A DNA stretch of 40,000 nt. Origin: a bacterium (GTDB lineage: Bacteria; Patescibacteriota; Gracilibacteria; Absconditabacterales; Absconditicoccaceae). Both the position numbers and the translations under genes were made by a program. Shown here piece after piece: positions 1 through 10,730 of the stretch. Every line of letters begins with the position of its first letter. Position 1 is the stretch's first letter. The stretch is from NCBI GenBank assembly GCA_020627925.1, contig JAHDFY010000001.1, positions 1,583 to 41,582 on the forward strand, written 5' to 3'. Under the pieces are notes generated by a model. It worked only from the letters and a program-made list of their open reading frames with translations. It did no database searches and was not told where the DNA came from.

Positions 1-129
1 GAACACGCAATAAATCATTTTTATCAATCGCTCCATGTCCTCAAGACAACTGTCGTCATCAGTTTATAATTTTTGATATATGGTAGTCATCACTAATGGT
101 TGTTGTAGGAATGGTAATATTATTTTTCA
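1..129 (-). CDS. hypothetical protein, N-terminal part only (gene runs off the left edge)
   Basis: ATG at 127-129 (minus), 26 nt downstream of the stop of the preceding minus-strand gene. The frame stays open to position 1 with TGA=Gly (MKNNITIPTTTISDDYHISKIINGGRQLSGGHGAID...). Confidence 0.35.
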
Positions 130-154
130 TTGGATAGTAAGAATAAGAGATAAA

Positions 155-1336
155 TTATTTTTTGATATTGCTTATTTTTTGATCAATAATCGTGTTAGCT
201 TTTTCTAACATATGTATCGCATTTTGTAAAGTAGATTTCATCGGAAAACCACCAGTTCACAAAGCATCTTTTTGTTCCACAACAGGCAAATGATGTTTCA
301 CTACTGCATAGTGAGCTTTTTTGAAACGAATACACAATGTATTAATCTTTTTTGCTGCTTCAAGCAACGAAACAGAGCCTATTGATTCTGCATAATCAAC
401 GAGCGAAACAAAGGTTCCTGTATGCAATTCACTCATTACCTGTTGTAGCTCTCCAATCGCATTGGTTGCAAAGTTTTTTTCATTTTGTGCTAAGATGCTT
501 TTGAAATAATTTCACTCTTGTTCCTGAGTATCTTGCAACATATGACCGTTTATCTTCAAGGTCAGCAAAGGAATTACTGATGAACTCGCACCACTAGGAC
601 CATCATTGATAGGTAATTGTTCTTGAAAACTCTCCGGAATAGAGAAATACGGACGCAATCTAGCAAACAAATCCTTGTCATAAGCAGATCTATAACGAGC
701 CATACTACGAGTAGCATTTTTTAAATTCTCTTCGATCGTCGTCATTGCAGCAAAAAAATCGTCCACACTACTCTTTTCTTGCAACAATCAATTCACAGCG
801 TCAAGAGCGACCTCATATTGTTTTTCAATCATCAAGTGTCCTTTATAAAAATGATACTCTCCCTGCCCTTCTTCACCAACAAAAAACGTAGTTGCCTCTT
901 GTGGTCAGAATATTAATTCTTGATAAGTAGGAACCGGAGTTTGGGGCTCTTGCAAATCATCAGCCAAGGGATAAATCACGTCCGTCACAAAATCTACTGC
1001 TGCATTTTTTTGATTTTGATCAGAATTTTCTTGATCCAAAGCAACAAGAAGACTCATCGCAGTAAGTTTTAGTTGATGAAGAGCGAGAGCCTTCTCATCA
1101 CGTTTTTTTTCCATCAATGTTACTAATGGGTTGGCAAGCAAGGCTATTATTTCATTGCAAATACGAATGGTTTGATCGTGTGCTCAAGCAGTGACAGAGA
1201 GTGGGCGATCATGAGTAATAAGGTGAGTAATTTCCTTTCATAAAGGATGCTTATCTCCTTTATAAGCGAGGTTTGTTTTTTCATTAAAATCAACAATTCA
1301 AATAGTTGATGAATAAGGGCATGTTACATGTTTCAT
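155..1336 (-). CDS. IDO/TDO/PrnB-superfamily haem dioxygenase-like protein (393 aa)
   Basis: One frame joins track ORFs 512-787 and 905-1141 across in-frame TGAs, from ATG 1334-1336 to TAA 155-157. Contains LRPYF..x..DGPSGASSS (like the IDO GGSAGQSS block) and a C-terminal H-x14-GTGG (KKAHYAVVKHHLPVVEQKDALGTGG), like the proximal-His/GTGG region of IDO/TDO. Confidence 0.5.
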
Positions 1337-1375
1337 AAAGACAAATGTGTAATCATAGATAAAATATTTTACAAC

Positions 1376-1410
1376 AAAAAAACCTGCCGCCTCTCGAAAG
1401 AGACAGCAGG
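1376..1410 (-). terminator. intrinsic terminator (minus strand)
   Basis: Hairpin CCTGC..TCTC-gaaa-GAGA..GCAGG (1383-1410), followed on the minus strand by a T7 run (A-run 1376-1382 on plus). I cannot say confidently which transcript it ends. Confidence 0.45.
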
Positions 1411-1719
1411 TTGATTCTTTTGCTACGCTAAGCGCTATAGGCAATTATTTGGAAAAATTGCACCAACAAGAAAACCGCTCTCTGTTCGAGATTGACGAGT
1501 TTTCTTTCCACCATAAAGAGAAGAATTGTTGGCTCATTAATATGATATCCAAATAAAACAATGAAAAAATAATTATTTTTGTGCTTTGTGCAAGAGATTT
1601 TATGTTTTTTCAAAAAAGACTGTTCACAACCAGGCAAAGGAAATCTTTTGAATCAAGCAAAAATAACTATACTATGAGTATCACAATATTCATCTTTTAT
1701 CTACACGAGAATATTAATA

Positions 1720-1854
1720 ATGAAACAGTCATGAGAAGGAATTGCAATTGGTATAGCAATAGGAACAGCTATTGGCGTTGCTACCAATAATATAAGTCTA
1801 CGAATCGCCCTTTGAGTTGCACTATGAGCAGCTATCTGATCAAGTAGAAAATAG
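1720..1854 (+). CDS. small glycine-zipper membrane protein (44 aa)
   Basis: ATG 1720 to TAG 1852-1854: MKQSGEGIAIGIAIGTAIGVATNNISLRIALGVALGAAIGSSRK. Four of the zipper glycines are TGA codons. Confidence 0.4.
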
Positions 1855-1978
1855 TAAATTCAAAAAAATGATCTTTTCATAAAAACCATTTTTAGGTAAT
1901 AATTGTAGCTTATTGTACGTTTTGGAATAGGTACAAAAATATATTTTCTGCCAGACGAATATAGTGGAAAAGAAATAA

Positions 1979-2752
1979 TTAACACTCATATGTAGAAAAA
2001 AAATAATCTACAAACATTTCTATACATTCAACAATATGAATGATTTCATTATCAGTTAACCTTTTAAGATTGTAGCGTTGAAGAAAATTTTCATTCATTG
2101 TTTTTAAAAGAGACAAAGAATCAAACAAATAAGTAGGATCCAAAATGAACATATTAATCATTTCTGTTACGTCCTCCACAGCTTGTTCTTCAGGACCTCA
2201 TCTTTGTTGGTAAGTTTCTAAACTTCACAATAGAGTTAATCATTTTCCACTAACTTCTCTAGGAGATAGAATATATGTGTCATAAAATTTTTTAAATTCT
2301 GCAGACTGTTGTAAAAGCGTCTCTGACACAAAATGGGACATTTCATGGTTTAATTTCCAAATCATTTCTTTTTCATAGTCAAAAGCAGAATCAAAATAAA
2401 TCATTTTATTTGCCATTAATGGTGGAATTTTTTTTCATCAAAGAGTAATTGATCAATCATAATTGCCTGTGTATGATACATAACTTTCAGGATCTATCTT
2501 TAATATTTCCGGATGTGTGGACCCGTTACTATTCAGAAGGTACCAAAGTCTATATGAGTTTCATTGTTTTTTGATTTTTTGCAACAAAATTCTTTTAAAA
2601 AGCAGTTCATCACGAGATAATAAATCTTCAGAAATTTTAGAGTCTTTTTTATCCAAACTATCCAACACCTGACACAGTTCTTGCTCAGTAAGTCAAGTTG
2701 CTTGAATTTTATTGTGATATGTTTCATCTAACAACATTTTATCCAAAGCCAT
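1979..2752 (-). CDS. putative zinc metallopeptidase-like protein (HExxH), 257 aa
   Basis: Single frame from ATG 2750-2752 to TAA 1979-1981 with several in-frame TGAs. Contains KLNHEMSHF (HExxH). The competing track ORF 2533-2727 is in another frame and has a junk-like composition. Confidence 0.5.
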
Positions 2753-2965
2753 ATTTACTGATATACTTACTAAATATCTTACGCACTATCTATCAATTAT
2801 AGATAGATGACAACACATTACATAATTATATGTAATAACGCTAATCTTGCAAATTTGTATAGCATAGGTGTATAGCCAATAAAAAATAGTATATTTGCTA
2901 TGAATTAGTACAATAATCTATACTCATTGAGAAAATAATGTTTTACAAGCTAAGCAGGCAAATCA

Positions 2966-3112
2966 ATGAAAATAAAAGATAACAAAAAAGCATTAGTTTT
3001 TATAGTAGCCTTCTTCGCAGTTTCCACATATTGGTTCTTATCAAAATTTGAAATACTTTTATACAATGAAATTGCAGAGATAAATGAGCGGCGCAAGGCA
3101 AATGAATATTAA
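2966..3112 (+). CDS. small membrane protein (48 aa); possibly the front of a gene broken by an in-frame TAA
   Basis: ATG 2966 with a hydrophobic N-terminus (ALVFIVAFFAVSTYWFL), TAA at 3110-3112. The same frame stays open for another 51 codons to TAA 3266-3268. Confidence 0.3.
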   Translation: MKIKDNKKALVFIVAFFAVSTYWFLSKFEILLYNEIAEINERRKANEY

Positions 3113-3260
3113 AACTATACACGTGTCATTGGCATAGTAGAAATTGAATATGATGCAGTAGTAGATAAAAATACAGCCTTGTTTGACGGAAAATCTTATT
3201 CATGTAAGCACGACCTTGACTTACAAGAAATCTGTCAATGAAGGTTTGATACAGAAAAAA

Positions 3261-4043
3261 TACATTAATCAAAAATTTTAGTTTTTCTTAATGCAACCAT
3301 GGCAAGAATCGTAGCACTTTGATGAGGTGAAATTAGTGAAAAAACCACATTAAAAATTGATAAAGAAATAATTGATTTTTCTTGAAAAAAGAACCCCAAC
3401 TTATTGTTTATTCCTACTGCCAGCGGAGATTCAGAAGGATACTATACTGGCATTCAATCATACTTTTGATTATTATGATGTAAGACAGATGTTTTATACC
3501 TTACCAAGAATAGAGCTACTAAAAAAATAATTGAGGAGAAAATTCTATGAGCAGACATTATTTATGTTTGATGAGGGAACACACTTAAAATGATGACGCT
3601 TTGGAGAAAGTTAGGTGTTGATAAAACATTAAGGAAAGCTCTTAAAAAAAATATTGTTTTGTCTGGTCTTTCAGCATGAGCAATTTGTTGGTTCAATTTT
3701 GGTAACTCAGATTCTAGAAAATTTACGAGTTGAAGCAATAAACTCATCAAAGTTACTTGATTATGATTTGTGGATGCGTTACATTGTCCGCATCGAGATA
3801 GAGAAAAACATAGACAAAGTGATCTAAAAAGAATGATGAAAAATACTCCAGGAGTAGCAATCGCACTTGAAGATGATTGTGCTATTCAAATCAAAGACAA
3901 CCAGTATAGAATTATTACAAGCAAAAAATGAAAAAATGCTTACAAAGTTTACTGGAAAAGGTGAAAATTCTACAAAGAAGAAATTATTCAATTAAAAGAA
4001 TACTGTAATTTACAAGAATTAGTTGCAAAATAATCTACTAAAG
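3261..4043. repeat. 783-bp duplicated segment, copy 1 (partner 28608-29390)
   Basis: Collinear high-identity match seen by eye across the whole peptidase S51 gene plus about 38 bp upstream and about 10 bp downstream. The flanks are unrelated. Confidence 0.85.
3299..4033 (+). CDS. peptidase S51 (dipeptidase E / cyanophycinase-like) family protein, 244 aa
   Basis: ATG 3299 to TAA 4031-4033. Motifs IPTASGDSEGYY, IIYVGGGNT and VLSGLSAGAICW (Ser nucleophile context). About 14 of 23 Gly are TGA. Confidence 0.8.
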
Positions 4044-4153
4044 CGTTCTAGATCCTATTTTAATACGCAAGTTGTAGGATAGCAGCAAAGACAAATTATT
4101 GCATTAATCCATCTAATATATAGTATAGCTATCAGTATATCATTGCATCATAG

Positions 4154-4564
4154 ATGAAAAAAATATTTATTATGACATGTCTATTAATTTTTTTCTTTTC
4201 ATCATCCTCTCTCGTTCATGTGAGTAGTATGAATTTTTTTGTGGATATGAAAATGAAGCAAGAACATAGTCATGAGTTGTCTGATAATAGATGTTGTGAT
4301 GAAAAAACAAATCATAACAACAATAGAACTTGATCGTGCATAGAACATTGCATAGGAGATTATGATAATATCATAGGTCAAACAAACAAGGTAACATCTA
4401 AAGAAATAGACGACAAAGAACAGCAACATATTGCCAATCAATTTGAACCATTTATTAATAAATGGGACACTAGTACAGACCAACATAAATTAAGATGACC
4501 CCCACAAAATATATCCTTTTCTCCATACAAAAAATTTATAGGAACAACCATACTCTTAATATAA
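4154..4564 (+). CDS. secreted Cys/His-rich small protein (136 aa), possible metal-binding protein
   Basis: ATG 4154 to TAA 4562-4564. Has a signal-peptide-like N-terminus, then HSHELSDNRCCDEKTNH...SCIEHC. Sits first in the copper cluster. Confidence 0.45.
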
Positions 4565-4618
4565 AAAATAAGGAATAATTATTTGCTTAGATTTTTTTAT
4601 ATTCCTTATTTTTTCTTA

Positions 4619-5956
4619 TGTCGAAAAAGAAAAAATTATATTTTGCATGAATGCATTGTAAGGCATGTGAAACATTAGCCCGTCATACATGCGAAGATAT
4701 AGATTGAGTACAATGTGAAAAAGTTTCATATAAAAATTGATTATTAGAAATCAATACTAATAGTGTCAAATCAGAAAATAAACTTATCAAAGAAATGAAA
4801 AAACACTGATATATATATTCTAATAAACCTGTAAGTTTACCATGGTGACGAAAAACATTATCTCAAAATGATATGATCCAAATTGTTTGAATTGTTGTAG
4901 TTATCTGGATTATACAATTTACCTCTGAAGAATTATGACGAATAAACTCTCTCATGACAATAGTATGAGGGACATGATATGCAACAGCTATTCTTACTGG
5001 TTTGGTCGCTTCTGTATCAACATGTTTAGCCGTTACTTGATGAATCGTCATATGATTTAGTAACTATATTGATGACGAAAGAACAACAAAAAAACACGTA
5101 TGAATACAATTATTCTTTCAAGTGTGAAGAATTTTATGATTCTTTATTTTTGGTTCCTTCTTATGATTACTAGGAGATATGATAAGCATTTCGCTTAATG
5201 TGACTATCATATTAAGTATGATTGTAGCAGTCTTAATGGTTTATTTGGGAGGTCATATTTTACACCTTCTACCCCCATTAGGTCATTGGTGAATCACTAT
5301 ACCATCATTCCGAAGCAACAAACTTCATACCAACAAGAATCCATGGGTTTCGCCACTCATTGGGGCTTTGACTTTCTTTGTACCTTGTGGATTTACTCAA
5401 GGGATACAGTTACTAGCTCTTTGAACAGGGAATTGGCTAACCTGATGAATTACTATGGCATTATTTGCCTTGGGAACTGCACCAGTATTGTTTGTTGTAT
5501 GATTATGATCAAGTTGGATAAAAGATCGTTCTCGATGATTAGCAAAACAAATTATATGAGTGCTTGTTATAGTTTTTTGATTGTCAACAATGATAACAAC
5601 ACGAAACCTTGTTGGTCGGTGAACAAGTGCATCAAATATACCATCTGAAATGACTATGAGACAAAACAGAAATAAAGATATTATTGAAGTATCTGCAATT
5701 CATGATGGCCGACAAATCGAAAATCGAAACATTTTACTACCTGCAAATACTCCTTATAAGCTTACTATAAGCCCTCGAAATAATGGAATTTGATGCATGA
5801 GCAGCATGGTCATACCCAAAGCAGGTTTTAGAAAGCCACAACGCATTATAAAAAACACTCCAATTGTTTTTGAATGAAACTGACTACCAAAATGATACTA
5901 TCCTATTGTCTGTGCAAGCATGGGAATGGAAATGTGAGCAATTGAAGTACAATAGA
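4619..5956 (+). CDS. HMA domain / DsbD_2 (TauE-like) membrane domain / cupredoxin-like domain fusion protein, 445 aa
   Basis: Verified codon by codon from ATG 4619 to TAG 5954-5956, with more than 30 in-frame TGAs. N-terminal GMHCKAC (HMA), a polytopic region with FFVPCGFTQG, and a C-terminal GIGCMSSMVIPKAG...YYPIVCASMGMEMGAIEV (cupredoxin-like Cys/Met). Confidence 0.7.
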
Positions 5957-6004
5957 ATTTTATATATTGAGCAAAAAATGAAAAAAAAAATACCAACATA
6001 CTTT

Positions 6005-6346
6005 ATGGCACTAGCCATAATGACTATTCTAGCTTGATGTACTATAAACAATAAAATAGAAATAATAGGAGTTGAATCTTCTTTTTCTCAAGAGATTGAA
6101 GCTTTACAGTGAACATGGGATAGTATAGATAGTGAAGAGGTTTTGATTTTTAGCTGAAATAAAAAGTATGACTATTTTGGAACATGATTTTTTGGAAGTT
6201 GAATATTCTCGCTTGAAAATAAACAATTAACCGTTGTTAGTGAACGATGAGAAGATAGTTTTGGTTTTGTGATATCTACTGGAAATCAACTAACACTGAT
6301 TCATCTATGATGCGGAGCAGAAATAACATATGCTAAAAGAAAGTAA
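6005..6346 (+). CDS. lipoprotein (lipobox LAGC); start uncertain because of an A9 tract
   Basis: Frame verified from ATG 6005 to TAA 6344-6346, with ...MTILAGCTINNK (the lipobox Gly is TGA). An upstream ATG at 5979 would give the canonical MKKKIPTYFMALAIMTILAGC, but it is out of frame by 1 nt across the A9 run 5982-5990. Confidence 0.5.
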
Positions 6347-6367
6347 ATTTATATCATATAAAGAAAG

Positions 6368-8557
6368 ATGAAAAAAATAACAATAAATATCTGAGGTATG
6401 CACTGTGCTAGTTGTAGTGCTGTCATAGAACGTACTATTTCAAAAATAAAATGAGTAGAGAAAGCTACAGTTTCTCTAGCAGAAAATACAGCAACAGTTT
6501 CTTTTGATTCACATGAAGTTACAGAGAAAGACATACATGATATGATCAAAAGACAAGGATACAAAGTACTTAAAGACAATGAAGATGAATCAAAATGACT
6601 ACTTCGTTACTATCGATGGTGATTTTGGGTTTCGCTGGTTCTGACTATCCCTGTTGCAATTACTATGTTTATTAAAGTGCCACATATCTTTGCCCTGGAT
6701 ACATTTTTTATGCTAGCGGCATTGTTAGTAGTTTTTGGTGCATGATGGAATTTTCATAAATGATTTTTCACAAAAATTATCTATGGTCAAATGAATATGG
6801 ATGCACTTATTAGCATATCTACTTTGATTGCAATCATCTACTCATGATACGCCTACTACAATATCTATTGGACAGAAAATATTATACATTTTTATCATTT
6901 TCTTGAGGGAGCTCAGTTTATTATAACATTTATTCTTCTTGGTAAATATTTAGAGCTCAAGAGTAAATGATCAGCCTCTCGTGCCATTGCATCATTGATG
7001 CAACTACAAGCAAAACAAGCAACAGTTATTCGCGATGGTAAGGAGAAAAAGATTGATATAGATGATATTGTGATTGATGATATTGTTATTGTTCGTGCAG
7101 GAGAAAAAATACCAGTTGATGGTATTGTAATCGAATGATCTTGTGATGTTGATGAAGCTATGTTAACAGGAGAAAGCTTACCAGTCAACAAAGAAAAAGA
7201 TAATGAGGTCTATAGTGGTACAATAGTTAATAATGGGTCACTTCGTATTCGTGTGACAAAAACATCAGAACAAACAATGTTGGCTGGCATTATGCAATCA
7301 GTACGTGATGCACAAGCAAGTAAACCACCAATACAGCATCTTGTTGACAATATCTCTCGTATTTTTGTACCATGTATTCTTCTCATTGCAGCACTTGCAT
7401 ACCTATTGCACTCGCAATGAATGATGATGCGATTGTATGAAATAATGGGAACAGAGATTCATGATCTAACCGCTCACGCGTTACTAGTGGCAGTAGCAAC
7501 AATTGTAATTGCATGTCCTTGTGCAATGTGATTAGCAACACCAATGGCAATAACAGTCGCCAGCGGAACAGGAGCAAAACGTTGAATACTTATCAAAACG
7601 TGAGATGTATTAGAAACATCCAAAGCAGTCAGCATGGTATTGTTTGACAAAACAGGAACGCTAACAAAGGGAAAACCAATAGTTACAGATATAATTAATT
7701 ATAGCCAAAAAAATGAAAAAGAATTATTGACCATGATTCAAGGCATGGTTCGTGAGTCACATCATCCTCTATCACGTTCTTTGATAGACAATGAACTACG
7801 TATCAATCAATCTGACTATACCCAAGTACGTGAGCATCGTGGTAAATGAATGACAGCACAATACCATAACAATAAAATATGATATGGAAATATCTCATTG
7901 GTAAAAAATATGAATGTCGAGATTAGTAAGAATATTCAAAAAAACGTTATTAACCTACAAAATGGATGAAAAACAGTGAATTATATCATTTATAAAAACG
8001 CTGTTATTTGACTTATTGCTGTTCGTGATAACCCTAAAACCTCAGCAAAGGAAGCAATGAGACAGCTTCATTCTCAATGAATTGAAACAATGATGATTAG
8101 TGGTGACAACGAAAGAACGGTAGGCGCTGTAGCAAAAGAAATAGGGATTGATACCTATCATGCTTGAGTACATCCCGATCAAAAAGCAGAGCTAGTCAAA
8201 AAAGCACAAGAAAAATGACATATTGTAGCATTTGTAGGAGACGGAATTAATGATGCCCCAGCTCTTGCACAAGCGAATGTGGGTATAGCAATCGGTCATG
8301 GTACTGATATTGCTATAGAAACAGCACAGATGGTTGTAGTTTCAGGAGATCCTCTTCGTGTAGCACAAGCAATTCAACTAGCTCGTAAAACATACAATAT
8401 TATCCGTCAAAACCTTTTCCGAGCATTTGCTTATAACACTATACTCGTTCCAGTAGCAGCATTGTGACTACTGATGCCATGGTTTGCGTCACTAGCAATG
8501 AGTCTGAGTAGCGTCAGTGTTGTAGTTAATAGCCTGAGAATAAAAAAAGCATCCTAA
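6368..8557 (+). CDS. copA: copper-translocating P1B-type ATPase, 729 aa
   Basis: ATG 6368 to TAA 8555-8557. N-terminal HMA (GMHCASC), CPCAMGLATP (Gly = TGA 7529-7531), DKTGTLT and [10 protein letters not shown]. Joins track ORFs 7160-7420, 7634-7849 and 8279-8467 in one frame. Confidence 0.92.
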
Positions 8558-8564
8558 TCATAAT

Positions 8565-8597
8565 AGTAGACAAAATCATTTTTTGTCTACTTTTTCT
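8565..8597 (+). terminator. intrinsic terminator of copA (hairpin of the AGTAGACA family)
   Basis: AGTAGACAAAA-tcatt-TTTTGTCTACT followed by a T-run. The same stem sequence recurs at 10443, 16865 and 20510. Confidence 0.6.
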
Positions 8598-8686
8598 TTT
8601 TAGTTTATTGGTCTAAGTAAGTCTATCTTTCGTTTACATAACTATATAAAAATCATCATACAAGATCTTTGGGTTCTTGAATTTTT

Positions 8687-9016
8687 TTATGATTTCAAAA
8701 TCTCTGATGCAATTTTATCAAAATCAATAGTTTGCTTTATAGTCTTTCCAAAATGACTAGGATAGACAAATACTTCATCTTTGATAGCACTAATATCTGA
8801 AAGGTAGGATAAATTATTATCCCATAATTTTTCAATAACTATCTTAGTTTTTATATAGAGATCATACAAATCTTTCATTTTTCAGTTTAAATCCACAATT
8901 TTTTTATTAAATTCGATAGCAATGTATGGCAATAAATCTCCCATAGCAAGAGAAGAAACTCTAACCTTAAAGCCATTTCATAAATCAAACTCCTTTCACT
9001 TTCAAACATCAGTCAT
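8687..9016 (-). CDS. hypothetical protein (109 aa from the first ATG; the frame is open further upstream to the recombination core)
   Basis: TAA at 8687-8689 and ATG at 9014-9016. The same frame stays open and protein-like up to about 9180 but holds no ATG/GTG/TTG there, so the gene may be 5'-truncated. Confidence 0.35.
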
Positions 9017-9182
9017 ATTAAATTCAAAATCTAGGTATTTATTTGTAGTTTTACCTCATTCTAATTTTGAATAAATCTCATCATTTTTATTATAAATCTT
9101 ATCTGTAATTTCACTTCTCCATTCGTTGAAATATGTATTATCAACTCTTCATCTTAAAAGTCAATCTTCAATATTATTTTTT

Positions 9183-9311
9183 CATGGAGCACCTAATCGG
9201 TGAACTTTCGAACATTTGTACAAAGCATTCAGCTCACAACTACACTTTCAGATAAACAAGGTAGTTTTGTGGCATAAAGAGGTGATTAAATCCTTATCGG
9301 AAAAAAGTTAG
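9183..9311 (+). pseudogene. orphan C-terminal tail of a large serine recombinase ORF (43 codons)
   Basis: HGAPNRGTFEHLYKAFSSQLHFQINKVVLWHKEVIKSLSEKS*, collinear with the tail that continues the recombinase remnant at 18856-18984. The two copies differ at 12 codons, 5 of them synonymous, and keep the same TAG. Confidence 0.4.
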
Positions 9312-9471
9312 TCCATAACTAAGAAAGGAGAGTCAGAAGCTAACATTTTAAGCTATTTGATTCTTTTTTGGTATATACGGTGATGGGAAGGGAACAAGTT
9401 TGCAAAATAACTATAACATTTCTAATCAATAGACAACGCAGAAAAAAGCCCTCAAAAACAACACAAACATA

Positions 9472-9499
9472 TTGACATATACACAACAAAAAATATAGT
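9472..9499 (+). promoter_or_regulatory. sigma70-like promoter candidate
   Basis: TTGACA (9472-9477), 16-nt spacer, TATAGT (9494-9499), about 50 nt upstream of the 9549 ATG. Confidence 0.35.
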
Positions 9500-9548
9500 A
9501 TTATAAATACAAAAATTAATTCCAATCACAAAATAAAAACAGTGAACA

Positions 9549-10400
9549 ATGAACAAGTACCAATTTTTATTGCTTTGCGTAATCATATTAATTACAGCAA
9601 GCTGCTCTAATGAAGCTAAATACCACAAAATTGTGAAAGACAAAAACCAGTTTCTTAAAAACTATCAAAACCGCCCATTATCCTCATGGACAAATGAAGC
9701 TGTAGATAGTATATTTCAAGGGTTTTTATCAAAAGAGACCTCTTTTGGAACAAAAGAAATTGCTCCCTTTCAACAAATTGATACTGTAACAGGGAAATTT
9801 AAAACTGATACAACATGGTTTCAATACCATAGTGGGAAAAGCTTGTCAGGCAAACAAGAGTTCTTATTAGCAAAAAATCACCGTAATGACATCTTTTGTA
9901 TGGTAGCTGACCAGGAAACTGAACAAATGTTATACTTATACTTTTTCAAAGGAGATTCTTTGGTAATGGAGGTAGGATTAGATATCGTCTGGAACGAATA
10001 TCCTACTGTTACATTTCATTCTGTACTAAGATATTGTCCTATTGCAAAAACTAGGTACGACAACATGAAAGAAAAGGCATCATTGTATTCAGATTCAGTA
10101 GGTTATGCTAAAGATAAAAAATTAGCAGACTATGAAATTGAATATTATGAAAGTTTAGCCACGTTATATTCAGAAGATTTGGAAGCTATCTATCCATTTA
10201 GATCACGAACAGAAGCTGAGCACGCTCAATATTTCGTTAATTATGAAATGCCAAAATTTGCTTTAAGAAAAGTCGGAGAAAGAACAGAGGAAAAAGGATC
10301 TGCTTTAGCTTTAAGCTATTATAATTTAAGTAGAGACTTCAAAGAAATAGAAATGAATAGACAGGTAAATACAGTAATTGAATGGTTATCTAATATGTAA
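9549..10400 (+). CDS. lipoprotein, 283 aa, TGA-free
   Basis: Intact in the standard-code track. Signal peptide with ...LITASCSNE (SPII-type Cys). All 10 Gly codons are GGN. Confidence 0.7.
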   Translation: MNKYQFLLLCVIILITASCSNEAKYHKIVKDKNQFLKNYQNRPLSSWTNEAVDSIFQGFLSKETSFGTKEIAPFQQIDTVTGKFKTDTTWFQYHSGKSLSGKQEFLLAKNHRNDIFCMVADQETEQMLYLYFFKGDSLVMEVGLDIVWNEYPTVTFHSVLRYCPIAKTRYDNMKEKASLYSDSVGYAKDKKLADYEIEYYESLATLYSEDLEAIYPFRSRTEAEHAQYFVNYEMPKFALRKVGERTEEKGSALALSYYNLSRDFKEIEMNRQVNTVIEWLSNM

Positions 10401-10438
10401 CCAAAAAACACGAATAATACATATCAAGTATCATTGAT

Positions 10439-10565
10439 AAGATAGTAGACAAAATTACCTTGTGTCTACTATTTTTTGTTATCATAAAGAAGAAGCTATA
10501 TATTTATCTTGTTATTTTTTGTAAAGACCATTATATAAGAGCTAATGATAAAGTATTTTACTTTT
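10439..10565 (+). repeat. repeat R, copy 1 (terminator hairpin plus conserved tail)
   Basis: AAGATAGTAGACAAAATTACCTTGTGTCTACTATTTTTTGTTATCATAAAGAAGAAGC..., collinear with 20505-20662 apart from an internal deletion. Includes ATGATAAAG, the start of the gene seen at 20644. Confidence 0.75.
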
Positions 10566-10613
10566 AAAAAACATAATGAAACTCAAAGAAATTTCATACA
10601 AATAATTAGCGAT

Positions 10614-10638
10614 GGCGTGTGATGAGTTGGATCTATAG
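10614..10638 (+). pseudogene. 3'-terminal remnant of a tyrosine recombinase gene
   Basis: GGCGTGTGATGAGTTGGATCTATAG matches the last 25 nt of the integrase gene (22517-22541) with 2 mismatches. Confidence 0.5.
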
Positions 10639-10730
10639 AGACAACCCTAACCAAAATATAAGAGATAGAATATATTGCTCGATTTTTTTAGACATACTCA
10701 AATACATAGTTTACTTGAATACTATATTTG

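Noticed and set aside
1428-1637. 69-aa minus-strand ORF ending 8 nt before the 1383-1410 terminator hairpin.
   Set aside because: It has a TTG start only and an implausible composition with no motif. The terminator suggests that something is transcribed here, perhaps a small RNA or peptide, but I cannot support a CDS call.
5286-5648. 120-aa standard-code ORF on the plus strand, and similar long track ORFs at 6913-7191(-), 12625-12984(+), 13813-14118(+), 21920-22258(-), 27987-28202(-), 30573-30854(-), 34349-34624(-), 35979-36338(+), 36920-37111(+) and 38278-38494(-).
   Set aside because: They lie in alternative frames or antisense to genes that carry clear family motifs once TGA is read as Gly. 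Their compositions (Cys/Phe/Ile/Ser-rich) look like shadow ORFs of AT-rich DNA.
9185-9420. Possible tmRNA or tRNA-like gene on the minus strand, because the duplicated X sequence ends in ...GGTGCTCCA like an acceptor end.
   Set aside because: No T-arm can be folded and no 5' partner for the acceptor strand exists in either copy. There is no tag-ORF-like region, and candidate helices are not supported by compensatory changes between the two copies. The segment is better explained as the recombinase C-terminal tail (plus strand) followed by conserved non-coding DNA.
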